Source: the human T2T-CHM13v2.0 reference genome, Homo sapiens. From it: DNA of 64,000 nucleotides. How positions within the stretch are numbered: position 1 is the stretch's first letter; each line of letters opens with the position of its first letter. Both the position numbers and the translations under genes were made by a program. The DNA lies in NCBI RefSeq assembly GCF_009914755.1, contig NC_060933.1; one strand, written 5' to 3'. Under the pieces are notes generated by a model, which was given only the letters and a program-made list of their open reading frames with translations, ran no database searches and was not told where the DNA came from. Positions 15,625 through 33,740 of this stretch are shown piece by piece.

Positions 15625-15889
15625 TAAACTGCTGTGAGTTGGAATTTCTATTATTAAATTATGAAGAGTTCTAAAAATAAAGGAGATCTGTTGTAAGGGA
15701 AAACATGATAATAGGTTGAGACAAAATTCTAAACCATTTCTCCAATACCTAAGGCTTTGGGAGGAAGGATGAGAGAGTGGGGAAACAAGTGCACTTAAAC
15801 ATAGGGCACACAGAACATGGCCACATAGCTATTCATTGTGTTACAGAAGGAGAGATAAGGGTTCAGTTTTGACTATTGGAGATCAGAAC

Positions 15890-16250
15890 TTATATTAGGA
15901 CTAGATTTGGTTGCCTATAATAATGCCTGAATGACAATGGGTTTACATCCTCACATAAAAAAGTAAAAAGATGGGCAGTCTAGGGTTGGTATAGTGGGAT
16001 CAAAGATATCATGGACCCATGTTCCTTATATCTTGCCACTCTTCCATCCATAGCAGATTGCCTCCTGACCCAGTGTGGTTGCTTGAGCTCCAGTCATCAC
16101 ATCTGCATTCCAGGATTCAGAGGAGAAAAGGAGGAAGAAGGATGTGCCCCTTCCCTTCTGAGACACTTCTCAGAAGTTTTACATAGCTTTAACATGTGCA
16201 TCTCCTTGAGTAGAGCTTAGCCACACTGAGGTGTGAGGGAACCTAGGGGT
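15890..16250 (-). mobile_element. Old MLT1 LTR remnant
   Basis: gttccttatatcttgccactctt and gctccagtcatcacatctgcattccagg. Confidence 0.55.
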
Positions 16251-18879
16251 GCTTGGCTAAAGATGGGAGCTAAAGAAGACAAGGAGAAAGAAAGGAACTT
16301 GGCCTCAAAAGATAATCCCTACCAGGATGCAAGTTACAACAACAGGTTAAATGGCAGAAAGGTCACAAAGATGGATAAAACCAGTGTCAGGAAGTGAATG
16401 GGGGAGGTGGGTGCTCCTTTACATTACTGGTGGGAATCTGAATTGTTCAACTTTTGGGGAACATGATCTGAAGATACCTAATGTTAAAATATCTGTGTCT
16501 GGCAATCCAGCAGTATACTTCTGTGAGTCTCTTCTGCAGAAATAAAGCACTGATGCAAAACGTGGTACATACAATGCCATTTTCTGCATCACTGTTTATA
16601 GTGGCAAAAAGGTGAAAAGAAGGGGAGCACCCATCAGCAGTGTTGGAAAGGAGCCAGCTCTCTAGAAATTGGCACGAGAGAAGGCCAGGATATATCGTTA
16701 GGTTTAAAAAATCTGCTACCCTACCTGAGGAGCTCTGTCTAATCTCCCTCTCTGATGCTTGCTTTGGCCAGTTGAATACGCTACACCTTTTGAAAATGTG
16801 AAGTTTTAGGTGGTGTAGTAGCCATAGGCCCTGTCTGTCCCTATTCTGTTAAACCTCCAGCTTCACCATTGACGTGATCTGTCTGGGCCCAGCAGGCATG
16901 GAGGCCATGACCCTGGTCTCTGGCATGAGCCCAGCATGATTACATGTTGGTAGGCAGAAAGGCATGGAGGAATGTGCTCTTGGTGGCTCAAAGTGAGGTG
17001 GGTGGAAGGGGGAGGGCGTACAAGGAAGGGTGGGTTGATGGCTTCTTATTTGTACACCCCTACTGGGTTTGGCTATAGCAATAAGGATATGTTTTCAAAG
17101 TAGGCTTGCTCAGAAAAGGCTTTGCGAGTCATGGAAGCTGTGGGTGGCCACAGCTGTGACAGTCCAGTGAGGAAGATGAACACACACTTCACGACAAATG
17201 TTTTGAGTGTTGTGGAGAAGTCTAGATGCTCTAAAAGCTGTAGGAGAAGGACCTACCTAGGGCATCACTGAGATTTCCCACAGGAAGTGACATTTAAATG
17301 AGAATGGAAGAGTAGGAAAGAGCCAGGAGTAGAGGAGGGAGGAGGGTTTTAGGGAGACAAACTAGCCCCCGTTTTTGCTGGTGGTGAAAGAAGCAGGCTG
17401 GGTGTGGCCAGGGATGTGCCTGAATGACCTTCTGGGACCTGATGTGGTATCCACAAATCTCTCCTTCCTTGGCTGAGCTGTACCTACAGCGGAGCCACTT
17501 CTAAGGGCTGGAAGTGGGAGAGGGGGGCAGAGGGTCTGCACTTCAGCACAGAACATGCTCCCCTGATGGGCTCTGTGATCCTCATTGCTCCCCAGTCCTG
17601 CAGGGTCGCATGTGTCTGTCAAGGCACCTTCTCTCCTTCCAGTCCCTTTGTACTATCCTTCAGCCTTTTGGGACAGCAGAACCAGGCAGCTTGGGTGCTC
17701 ATGGGGTGGCTTGAGCATCACAGGCTCACTCTGACCTTTCTCCTTTCCATAGTAGGCAGGGGAAGTATTCATTCATTTTTATTGAGAACACAATAGACTA
17801 TGCTGGGCACTGTGCTGGAAACTGGGGATGAAATAACAGTATTTGAACATGTATCCCATGCCAGGCACTGTGATCAACACTTATTGCACAGAGATGGCTT
17901 CAGTTAAGGAACTTAACACATATAGAGCACTTAGACGAGTGCTTGGCACCCCCAGTACTCCTGAGCGCCAGCTGTTGCTATTAGTTAATCCTTACCACAG
18001 CCACATGAGATGGGTACAATCCTGTATCCCCACTTTACAGAAGGGGAAATAGAAGCCAAGAGGCACTTGCCACATAGGTGGTAGATGGCAGAGCAGGATT
18101 CAAACCCAGGACAGTTGGACTTCCAAGTCCTGTCCCTCTCTGAGAGTGAGTGAGACAGACATAGAGGGTGAATGGGATAGACATGACCCTCGCTTTACAG
18201 AGCTCTTATGGTTGAGCAGGGAGCAGCCGCATTGGCATGTCAGAGTGACAAGCATTGCGGAGGGCTAAGCAGAGAGCCTGCAGAGGAAGGCCATGGACCC
18301 AGGCTGGAGGCCTGTTGGGTGGAGGGGAAGGAAACAGTATTCTAGGTAGAGTCCTCTGCGATCAAAGTCACTTCCTGCTCACCTAAGGGATACGTTTCAT
18401 TCGCCTCTGGGCTTCAGCGAGGAGGTACTAGTTCAGTCGTCTGTGTACAAGCTATTAATGATTAATAATTTGAGTGCAGGGGTGTGGCTACTCATCCAAG
18501 CCAGTGTTCTGGGATCTTATCTCCCAGGCACTCCCATTGAGGCTGACCCCTCCTTTTCCAAGCAACCTGTGCCCTGAGGTCCTGTCACACTTCTTTACCA
18601 TGTGCAAATAGCCTGGGTTATGAATCTGTGCTGCCCAGCCCGCCTCTCACTCCACTTCTGTTGAGTGAGTGAGTACATTCAGATGTCGTGTTGGACTGTT
18701 CCATTGCACAGTTAGAAATAAAGAAATGAAGCATCATTATAAACCTATGATTGAAAGTCCAAGCCACGTAAATTCTGCTACGATCCTGCCACCTGCCACC
18801 CCAACATACTGAATAGTGTTTATGTTTGTGTACTTTTCTTCAGTCCCTGTCCATTGGGCAGGTGTATGTATATATATAA

Positions 18880-19124
<245 letters not shown>

Positions 19125-19218
19125 TCGGACAGGTATATTCTTATGCTGTTGTGTACAAAAGTGCATCTTGTCTCTTGCTTTCTCGGCATGGTTGTATGAA
19201 ATTGAGTAGTTAGGTGAT

Positions 19219-19237
19219 TGGCCACCAGGTGGTGCTG
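19219..19237 (+). promoter_or_regulatory. Candidate CTCF site
   Basis: TGGCCACCAGGTGGTGCTG versus core consensus CCASYAGRKGGCRS (one mismatch). Confidence 0.55.
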
Positions 19238-19602
19238 CAGCACCAGGCACCAGACCCGAACCTGGGAACCGCTGTCTTTAAATACCCAGCTCTGAGCCAT
19301 CCTTGTCTGTGTAAGTTCATTTTCAGTTTTTTCCTCTAGGTGCTGTGCTGCTCATAAATGTTTTCCATACCTATTTCAAAAGAAACCAGAAAATATTGAA
19401 GTGTACAAAAATAGAAAGTAAAAGTGCCATACAATAATGCCATTAAGAGGCAGTGATATTAACAGTTTAGTGAATATCCTTCTATACTTCTATATGTGTG
19501 TTCACATGTGTTATAAAGATTTTAAAACATGTTCAAGTGTCATTTTCTCAGTGAGGACTTCTCATATACGCCCCCCCCCCTTTAAAATTATGACTTCGTC
19601 TA

Positions 19603-19922
19603 GTTGTGGGGGGGGGTTGTTGGGGAAGGAGGGATGATTAATGGATTCAAAGATAGGAAGAAGATTGGATAAGATCTAGTATTTGATAGCACAACAGGGT
19701 GATTGTAGTCAATAATAATTTAATTGTACATTTAAAAATAACAAAAGGAGTATAACTGGATTGTTTGTAACACAAAGGATAAGTGCTTGAGGTGACAGAT
19801 ACTCCATTTACCCTGATGTGATTATTACACATTGTATACCTGTATCAAAATATCCCATATACCCCATAAATATATGCACCTGCTGTGTACCTGCAAAAAT
19901 TAAAAATAAGTGTAAAAAAAAG
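19603..19922 (+). mobile_element. L1MA-type 3' end
   Basis: taagatctagtatttgatagcacaacagggtga...taccctgatgtgattattacacattg; AAAATTATGAC on both flanks. Confidence 0.85.
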
Positions 19923-20554
19923 AGAAAATTATGACCTGTCTCCCACCCTGCCTACTTTTCTCTGCTTTACTTTTTTCTTTATCACTTACCATGAGCTGGC
20001 AAGCCTTGTCTTTTGCTGAATGATTTACTTAGTGTCTGTTTCCCCCACTAGAATATACTGGGGGTTTTGGGTTTTTTCTTCACTGCTCTATCCCTAGCAT
20101 CTAGGACAGTGCTTGATATATACTAGCTTTTCAGGAAATAGTTATTGAATGAAAGCATGAAAGTGAGTGTGCCCTGAGTTTATGGACATTGCTCTCTGTC
20201 AGGAAGTATTGATCTCCCTCACCTTTTTATCTACCACTTAGTATCCCATTGAATGGATGTGTTCTAACTGTCTTTACTGTGGTTTTCAAGTGTTTTCCTG
20301 GCTTTTTTGTAGCCAGTGTTACAGTCAGTAGCTTTCCTGGAACATATACTCTCTGGTTATCTATTTGATGATTTCCTTGCTTTGTTTGAACTCTGGGCTT
20401 AGTGCTTTACAAAAAATAGCTCATATTAATCCTCACACCAACCCTCTAAGAAAGATGCTGCTCTTAGTTTCTCCTTTTCACCTGATGAGAAAGCTGAGGT
20501 TTAGAGAGAACAAACCCCCTGTTCAGGTCCACCCATCTTCCGAGTGTTGAGCCA

Positions 20555-21560
20555 TCCTGTATTAAGGATGTTAATTCATCATCTGTCATGTGACATCACA
20601 AACACCCTTTTCCCAGTTTATTGACTGCCTTTCATTTTTTTCATGATGTCTTTTCCTTTATAGAAGTTTTAATTTTAATGTAGCTAAATCTACCAGTAGT
20701 TTTCTGGCTTTTGTATCACTCTTAGGACTTTTTTTTTTTACCTCCAAATTATTTTAAAAATTTGATCTGTGTTTTCTTTAGTATTTTTCCTTTTTTTGTT
20801 GTTAAGTCTTGAATCCATCAAAAGTTTATCCTTATATATGATATTGAGCAAGATTTTAAACAAATTCCTCTTTTTCCCAAGTGAATAGTAAATAGTTTCA
20901 TCAACATTTATTGAAGAATCTATCTTCTCCACTGTTTGAAATGCCTCTTGGTTATATGCTACTCCTCACATATACTGGATCCTGTGTTCTGGACTGTGTC
21001 TTGTCCTGCAAATCTGTTTCTCTGTTTCTTTGCCATTTATCATTGACTGTGGCTTCCTGGCAGGATAAGACTCTTCTTACTGTAGTTCTTTTTTGAAAAT
21101 GTCTTAGCTGTTTTTAATTATTCTTCCAGATGAAATTTTAAATCAATTTGTTGAGTTCCAAAATGAATCCCCTTAGGATTTGGAGTGAACTTACATTTTA
21201 TTTATAGATTGATTGGGTGGAATTGATGGCTTTACAATACTGTCTCCTTATTCCAGGGAGTGAAATGTCTCTCCTTTGATTTAAGTCTTTTTTTTTGTCT
21301 TTTAGTAAGGTTTTATAATTTTCTTTAAATGATTTTTGTACATTTCTTTTAAAGTTTATTTCTGGATATTTTTCTCTTTTGTTAGTGGGCTCTTGGGCCA
21401 TTACGCTTTCTAGCTGGCTATTGTTTGTACAGAGGAAATTGTTGATTTTATAGCTGGATAGATATCATTCATAGATTTCTCTCTAGTCCACTTCCATTTG
21501 CTTGAAATCTAGAAATTCTTAATAATTTATAGTTCATTGATGTCATCCTTTTCTGTATTT
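20555..21560 (-). mobile_element. Old L1M ORF2 remnants
   Basis: Degenerate antisense ORF2-like peptide (e.g. NYKTLLKD..DLNQ.RDI). Confidence 0.65.
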
Positions 21561-21575
21561 TAATGCTGCAACAGA

Positions 21576-21883
<308 letters not shown>

Positions 21884-23067
21884 TTATGTTTTATTTATTT
21901 GGTCCTTTCAGCAGGACCTGGAGAGTGGAAGGCAAATGGGTGGACTCCTCTCATTATCTTCATAGTCTATTAGTCGAGGTTGATGTGAAAGTGTCATCTG
22001 TCCCTGTGCCTTTCTGGCACCTCCAACCCACACCATCAACCCTGCAGTGCTCTCCGTGGAATGTGGGCTGACCCTGAAGAGCCTTAGAAACTGGGTGCAG
22101 GTTTTCCGTTTTCCTGTCGCCTGGGGTGTGCCCTTTACTCCTGAAGTCTTTCTCCTACCGCTGCCTGGACTGCTTTCACTGCCCCTTTTCCAACCAGACC
22201 TTGCCCACCCTGCCTGTCTCTGTAGACAGCTTCCTTCTTGTTTTAAGGGAAGGACCAGGCTGTTCATTATGAAAATTAGGTCGTAGGGCCAGGACTCAAT
22301 GCTGTTTGTCAACAAGGCCCAATAATGTAATGTGGGTATCCTGTTCTGCCAACCTAACCCTTGCCTCAAGGTTTCTGAGGTACCTCATCGCAGAAGGAAC
22401 AGCAGCCAAGGAGAACTCAGAGACCCTCATTATGAGCCTGGCACCCTAACACAGGACCCTCTGGTCAAAGCTGGGTTGGAGCAGGTAATGGGCTCGCAGC
22501 CCATGGGGGCCTCCCACTTGCCTGAACTTGATCTGTGTCTGGGTCCCTTACCATCCGCCAGCCAGCAGCAGTGTATGGGACATGCAGGCCTGGTGGGCAC
22601 CCTTAGGCATGCACGCAGGAGTCAGAGAGGGGCTGAGCTCAAGCAGAGGCCCTAGTTCACCACACATCTCACAGCAGCAGTGGAGAGAAGAGAAGGCCTT
22701 GAATAGGTGATGATCTTTTGGCACTTAGTGACACTAATGGATGTGGTCCTATCCTGACCTGGCTTGGTACCAGCCAGACCAGTAATGCCTCTGCCTTTGG
22801 CAGGATCTAAGAGGGAGGGAAAAGGAGGTCAAGACCCCCTGCTCCCTACACGCCTCCACAGTCCACCTTAGATGGTTTCTGTTTGGCCCACACGTAACAG
22901 GTGTAAAATGCCTGATTGTCAACACCCAGGGCTGCAGTCCTCCCATAATGGTTTTTCACAGGAAATGTTGAGACCCCTGTTTTTAGACCTATTCCTAAGG
23001 GAGACTATGGGGAGGGAAATTGGGTGGGGAGGGAGGGTGGGATAGGATATGAGAATATAGAATCCTT

Positions 23068-23330
23068 AATTTTTTTTTAACTTTTTATTTTGAGATTATT
23101 TTAGATTTATAGAAAAGCTGCAAAACAGTACAGAGCTTACATAACCACAGTACTATTATGAAATTAATAGGTACCACACTGTTTACTGAACTACAGACCT
23201 TTTTCAGATGTTACCAGTTTTCCCCACAGTGTCCCTTTTCTGTTTCAGGATCCAGTCTAGGGTCCCTCAGTGCATTCAGCCATTGAGTCTCATCAGTTTC
23301 CTCTGGTCTGTGATAGTTCCTTAGTCTGTC
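23068..23330 (-). mobile_element. L1MC-type 3' end
   Basis: ttttagatttatagaaaagctgcaaaa and tttcaggatccagtc motifs. Confidence 0.6.
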
Positions 23331-23540
23331 CAGAAGGTATCAGCTGAGCCTTGGTGGATGAAATTTAGAGTCTAGTTTTGGTGATTCTATTTGTCAAGCC
23401 TATAGAGTGAAAGAGTCTCATCTAGCCCTGCAGGTGTTGTTGTAGGCACCTGGCCTGGCTGGCACTCCCCGTGGACATGAGTCTTCCTGTCCACAGGAGG
23501 CAGCCCAGGAGGCTCCCCACTGCTGCCCTCCTCCAGGTGA

Positions 23541-23938
<398 letters not shown>

Positions 23939-24421
23939 TTCTCTTGCATTTTTAATATTTTGCCCTCTGCTAACTCTTTCAGTCTGAGGATGTGCTTAGA
24001 AGTCTTCCTCAGGCACCTCAAAACCCCAGCTTCAATCTGCTGCCCTCATCTCTTGCCTTCCCCTTTCTGCTGTACTTGGCTCTGGGAGAGTCAGGACCAT
24101 CAGGTCCCATTGTGCATCGGGCCTTCCCTGACACTGCACACAGGGTGTTCTTGCCATTATATCCTCAGGCCTGTTCTCAGGTCTCATCCCAAGTGGTTCT
24201 GCAGTACCTTATACCATGGACTGAATTCTTTCTGCAGTTCCTGCTTTCTGCTTCTGTGTGATAAGGTCGTTCCCTGGGGCAGACATCGTCTTCTCTTATC
24301 AGTCAGGGTATTTCTTCAGCTTCCGTTTGGAGAAGGGGAAGATGCATTCTGTTTTTCTCCAGCTGAGTATGCTTTAGATATAGGAAAATGTACCTTTTTT
24401 AGTGTATTGTTATGCAAGTTA

Positions 24422-25018
<597 letters not shown>

Positions 25019-25756
25019 TTAGGAAAAGGAAATGGGGGGTTGAGTTCCTGGCCTGGCTACTGTGCACTGTGATTCCGAACACACACAAGGGGAAGCTTCA
25101 CTATTCAGGCTTCCAGAATAGCAGGGCACCTCTGATGCACCCAGGGCTTTTGTGGGTATCTGGTATGTCTGAGGTAGACCACCCTCATTTCTTCACTCTC
25201 CCTTTTACCCTCATTTCTTGATGTTCCCTTTAAGCCCACCCCCACAAATATCCCCTGGCCTCCCAGTTTCCTAAAATTTGCCTCCTTTCCCTATGGAAGA
25301 AATCAGGTCTTGTCAGCTGGTGGCTGCAGGGGAGGATTTTTTCCTCCTTCACCTGTCTTCTGCAGGCACCTTGTTTTGGAAGGGGAGAACCTTCGATTTC
25401 CAGAGTAGATTGTAGATGCTTATGTGGGAGATGGGGACGCTCTAGCCAGCCTTTCATAGAGGGTCTAAAAGAAAACTCTCCTGCCAACCAGAGAACCCTT
25501 TCCTGGTCTTCAGAGAAATGCATATTCCTCATTCACATTTGTTTCATTGCCTCCCCTTCAAATTGATTCTTGTGGTCTTAGGCTAAGAGAGCATTGTCTG
25601 TGCTGGAAGGTGAAGTGGTGGTGGAGGGTGTTACCAGAAACAATTGCTGTCATTTCTTGAATCCACGCTACCTGCCAGGCTCTGCACCAGCCACTTCTAC
25701 ATACATCATCTTATTAATCCTTTCAGCCTCCTGTGAAGTAGGTACAGGGGTAGGTA

Positions 25757-25989
25757 CAGGATGAGCATCCCAACTCTGAAAATCTGAAATAAAAATGCTC
25801 CAAAATCTGAGACTCTTTGAGTGCTGACATGATGCTCAAAGGAAATGCTCATTGGAGCATTTTGGATTTTGGATTTGGGGATTTGGGATGCTCAGCTGGT
25901 AAGATAATGCACATATTCCAAAATCCAAAAAATCAGAAATCTGAAACACTTCTGGTCCCAAGCATTTCGAATAAGGGATGCGCAACCTG
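25757..25989. mobile_element. Tigger4a/MER46A-type TcMar non-autonomous element, inside a MIR
   Basis: TIRs CAGGATGAGCATCCC...GGGATGCGCAACCTG, TA on both sides, 233 bp. Confidence 0.85.
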
Positions 25990-26676
25990 TACCATGATTC
26001 TCCCCAGAGGAGGAAAGTGGATGTTGGCCAGGTCAAGCAACTGGCCAAGGGCACAAAGTAAGTGAAAAGTGAGTGTTCAGATCCTGGTTCTCTGTCCCCT
26101 AAGCCACAGGGAGGAGCCTGGCTTCTTTCACTTGCTCTGTAGCTGCCTTGTTTTGTGCTCCTATCAAGCCTGCACTGCAGCTTGTTACCCTGGTGGGGGT
26201 GGGGTTGAGCTACAGGTGACTTTAAAGCCTCCCCAAATCCAGGTGTGCTCTGAGCCTTGTCTATAGAATGAAGGGTGGGTGCTGTGCATGGCCCCTACTA
26301 TTACTCAAATATATGTAGCTACTGCAGGGATTGTTAAACCAGAGTGTTGGTGAATTTATCATAGCTTTTTGTTACAGAAGGTTTTTTTCCTTAACAGATG
26401 ACAAAAAGAGAACTACATTTTTTTTAGTGTTGTAAGGCGGGTCTCTAGAGTGTGTTTCCCTTTATATTTATATCCCTGTATATCCACACATATCAGAGTA
26501 TCTGTGTGGGTGTGTGCATTAAGATGCTACCCAACACTGTGAACTGTGTTAACCCTGGGGACAGGGACTAGGTAGGGGCTTTGGGGAGAGCAGACTTGCC
26601 TTTTATATTTTATACCTTTTTATCCAGTTTACATAATTCTACTATGCATATGAATTACTTTTCTTTTAAAAATTGA

Positions 26677-26990
26677 GGCTGGGCGCAGTGGCTCATGCCT
26701 GTAATCCCAACACTTTGGGAGGCCGAGGTGGGCAGATCACTTGAGGCCTGGAGTTTAAGACCAGCCTGGCCAATATGGTGAAACTCTGTCTCTACTAAAA
26801 ATACAAAAAATTAGCTGGGCGTGGTGGTGCATGCCTGTAGTCCCAGCTACTTGGGAGGCGGAGGCAGGAGAATCGCTCGCTTGAACCTGGGAGGCAGAGG
26901 TTGCAGTGAGCTGAGATTGCACCACTGCACTCCAGCCTGTGCAACAGAGTGAAACTCCATCTCAAAAAGAAAAAATAAAATAAAATAAAA
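26677..26990 (+). mobile_element. AluSz-like
   Basis: Full dimer with (AAAAT)n tail. Confidence 0.9.
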
Positions 26991-27260
26991 TTTCAGAAAG
27001 TCCTCATCCTTGAAAAGGTTAGGCATCCCTGGGCTGGACTATAAATTTCCTGAGGCCAAGGATGGGTTTTCTCCCCTTCTGCCTCCTCAGCTTCAGCATA
27101 CAGAGCCTGGGACATGGGGGCGCTTGAGAATGCCTGTCACAGGATGGCTGCCTGTTTGTGCCGGCCCCCAATTCAGCTCCGTAAACATAGGCGCTTCCCT
27201 TCCCCAAGAAGACGCTTTTCCTGGCCCTTCTTTCCGTGCTTGCTCAATCTCCCAAGTTCT

Positions 27261-30597
<3,337 letters not shown>

Positions 30598-31070
30598 TAG
30601 TACCTGTGGAGGATCCTGTCTCTAAAGCCAGCCCTCTTTACTGAGCACTGCTGACTTCTCTCCTCCATGGAGGCCTAGCCCCACATGGCATTTTGGACTC
30701 AGTGGTGCCTCCTCAGCTCACTATCTCTCCTTTCTTGGGAGAGAGGCCAGAGGTTGGATGCTGAGTGGTGTAGTTTGAAAGAAGTTGAGGAGGGAGCCGG
30801 TAAACAGTGGAGTGAGTGATGGCCATTCCAGTCTGACATGTGCTTACGTGGCCAGGCTCTCTTTGAAAGCCTCCAGATGCTGCTACTTGCCAGGAAAGGA
30901 GGCTTGGAGAGTTTGGAGAGGGTCAGGAGGAGGTAGAGATAACAGCATGGCCATCCTTACACAAGGGGGCCTTTCTTGAACTCCTGGCAGGAGGTCCAGA
31001 CCCAGAGTAATGGGTGCCCTAGTGGGAAACCTTTTGGCAATACAAAATCTGATGTGCTGTGGCTGTGGCT

Positions 31071-31091
31071 GAGAGAGAGAGAGAGAGAGAG

Positions 31092-31139
<48 letters not shown>

Positions 31140-31200
31140 TGTGTGTCTGTGTGTCTGTGCGCATGTGCATGCGTGCATGTGCCTGTGTGCACACGTGTAC
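31071..31200. repeat. Compound microsatellite (GA)12(GT)22 with degenerate RY extension
   Basis: Read directly from the sequence. Confidence 0.95.
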
Positions 31201-31805
31201 ACTTACTGTTCATGGAGTAGACCGAACAGTTGTTGGAGGGGTTGTGGCAAAATCCTTCTTTGTTACCTTCCTATTTGTCTTTGTCTAGCTTCTGTGCATG
31301 ACACAGAAAGGAGGAAGAGGCGGCTGCGGAGTCGTGGGAGAGCTGCACGTCCACACTGCGGAAGTGGGCTTGGAAATGGTGTTTGGGATCCATTTTCATA
31401 CTTGTCTGAAACATTTGGAAGAAATCACTTTCTTGTAATTGAGCATTCCTGGACGTGTGTATTTTCTTTGAAACAACCTCCTTAAGCTGGAAAAAGTGAT
31501 TATTATGCCTTCTCAGGAGTGGTCTGCATTGGACTGTCTCATGTTATTTTCTTGGTTTCCTGAACCTGAAACGTTGAAGGAGAATTCTGGAAGATTGGAA
31601 GGAAACCAAGGTTGCATATGGGATTTTCCTTTCCCTCTTCAGGAGTCCCCCCACACAAGACCAGATTCTGTCATAAGCAGAAAAAAGAGATGTGGGATTG
31701 TACTGTGGTTCTGATACAACTGCCACGTTCTTAAGAAGTTACATCATGAGAATCACTTTTTCTCCTGCAGTGTTTTGGTTTCCAGGGAGGAATTAGCAGC
31801 CAGAG

Positions 31806-31866
31806 TATGTGTGTGCATGTACGCGTGCATGCGTGTGTGTGTGTGTGTGCGCGTGTGTGTATGTGT
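31806..31866. repeat. Alternating purine-pyrimidine (TG/CG/CA) tract
   Basis: Read directly from the sequence. Confidence 0.9.
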
Positions 31867-32958
31867 AAGGTGAGAGAGGCAGAAGGAGGGTGGAAAGAAT
31901 GGCGTTTTTGGTGCGGTGCAAACTAATTTGCCCAAACTGAAAAAGCTGGTGCTCTCACCATTATGCCAGGCTACCTCCCTGTGTAGTAGATGACACAGCT
32001 GATGTAGATGTATAAAAATGTAGCCCCTACAGTTTAATTTATCTCTCTGAGCCTCAGTTGCCTCATCTGTAAAATGGGTCTTAATGTATATAAATCCTTT
32101 CACCTGACACCACATAAGTGTCTGATAAATTGTCTCAATGACAATGATCAGACTGTGTATGAGCTCCTAGAGGCTTGTGCGACTCCCCTGCACAGAGCAG
32201 GGCTTGGGAAAATTTTACAAAGTTTGTTGAGAGAATGAGGGAGTGAACAGAAGGCAAGATGCTGTTGCTATATTGTGGTGTTAGTTCCATCTGTTAAAGG
32301 ATAAACTCCATGGGGAGTCCTGCCTATCTTATTTGCTGCTGTGTCCCCAGAGCCCATTTAATCTGTGATGGACATGGGACTGGGGAAGGTGGGAGAGGAC
32401 ACCTGCCACTCATGCCCCAACATGCTGGTATCCCACCTGTCCCTTTGTTCCCCTGTGCATCCACACATGCCCAGCGCCCTCCACACACTGCCCACACTTT
32501 ACTTGGAGCCTCTCATTCATCCTTTAAGACCCAGCTCAGTGGTTCTTCTCAGCGATGTCTTCTTTGACCCCCAAAGGCATTGGTCACCCACTTCTTTGTG
32601 CTCCGGTGAACCACCTAGTGGGTGGGTGTTGAATAAACGAATGAACTACCAAGCAGTGTGTGGCAGTTAGGCCCCCATCTACTCATTCATAACAGCCTCA
32701 AACTTAGAAGGCATCCTTGGTTCCTCTCTCTTCTTTTCCCCCTGCATGCAGTCCATCAGTAAGTCTTGTCTATGCAACCTCCAGAACATCTCCTGGATCC
32801 ATTCCCCACGAATCCAAGCTGCTGCCATCTATTACCTCCTAACTGACTTAACTGCCTCCATTTTGGCCTTTCCAATGTAGTTCTCCACAGAGTAGCCGAA
32901 GTGATCTTCCAAAACAGTGCTGATCAGATCATGTCACTCCCCTGCTCAACACTCTCTA

Positions 32959-33277
<319 letters not shown>

Positions 33278-33740
33278 CCTCTCTAGCATTCCCTCCAGTA
33301 TACTCCAAATGAAACCCCAGCTCCTCACCATGGCCTACAAGGCCATTCATGCCCTGGCCCCAGCCTGTCTGTCGACTGCTTCCAGGTGACTCAGCTCCAG
33401 CCATGGCCTTCTCCCTCCATGATAAACCTGCTAGGCTCATGTGCATCTCAGGGCCTTTGCACTTGCTGTTCCCTCTGCAAAGAATACTCATATTCCCACT
33501 GGTTTGTATGGCTGCCTCCTTCCTAAGGTTTCAGCTTACATATCGCATCTGTAGAGGGTCCTTCCTTGACCATCCTGGCAAATATCATCTTTCACCCTAT
33601 TTCATTTCTTTAAGGCATTTATCAGTATCTTAAGTTACCTTCTTTGTTATGTTTATTTTCTGACTGCCTACCTAGAATATAAGTTCCGTGGCAGCAGGGA
33701 CCTTCTGTGCCTGCCCACCTTGTGTGCCCAGTGCCTGGGA

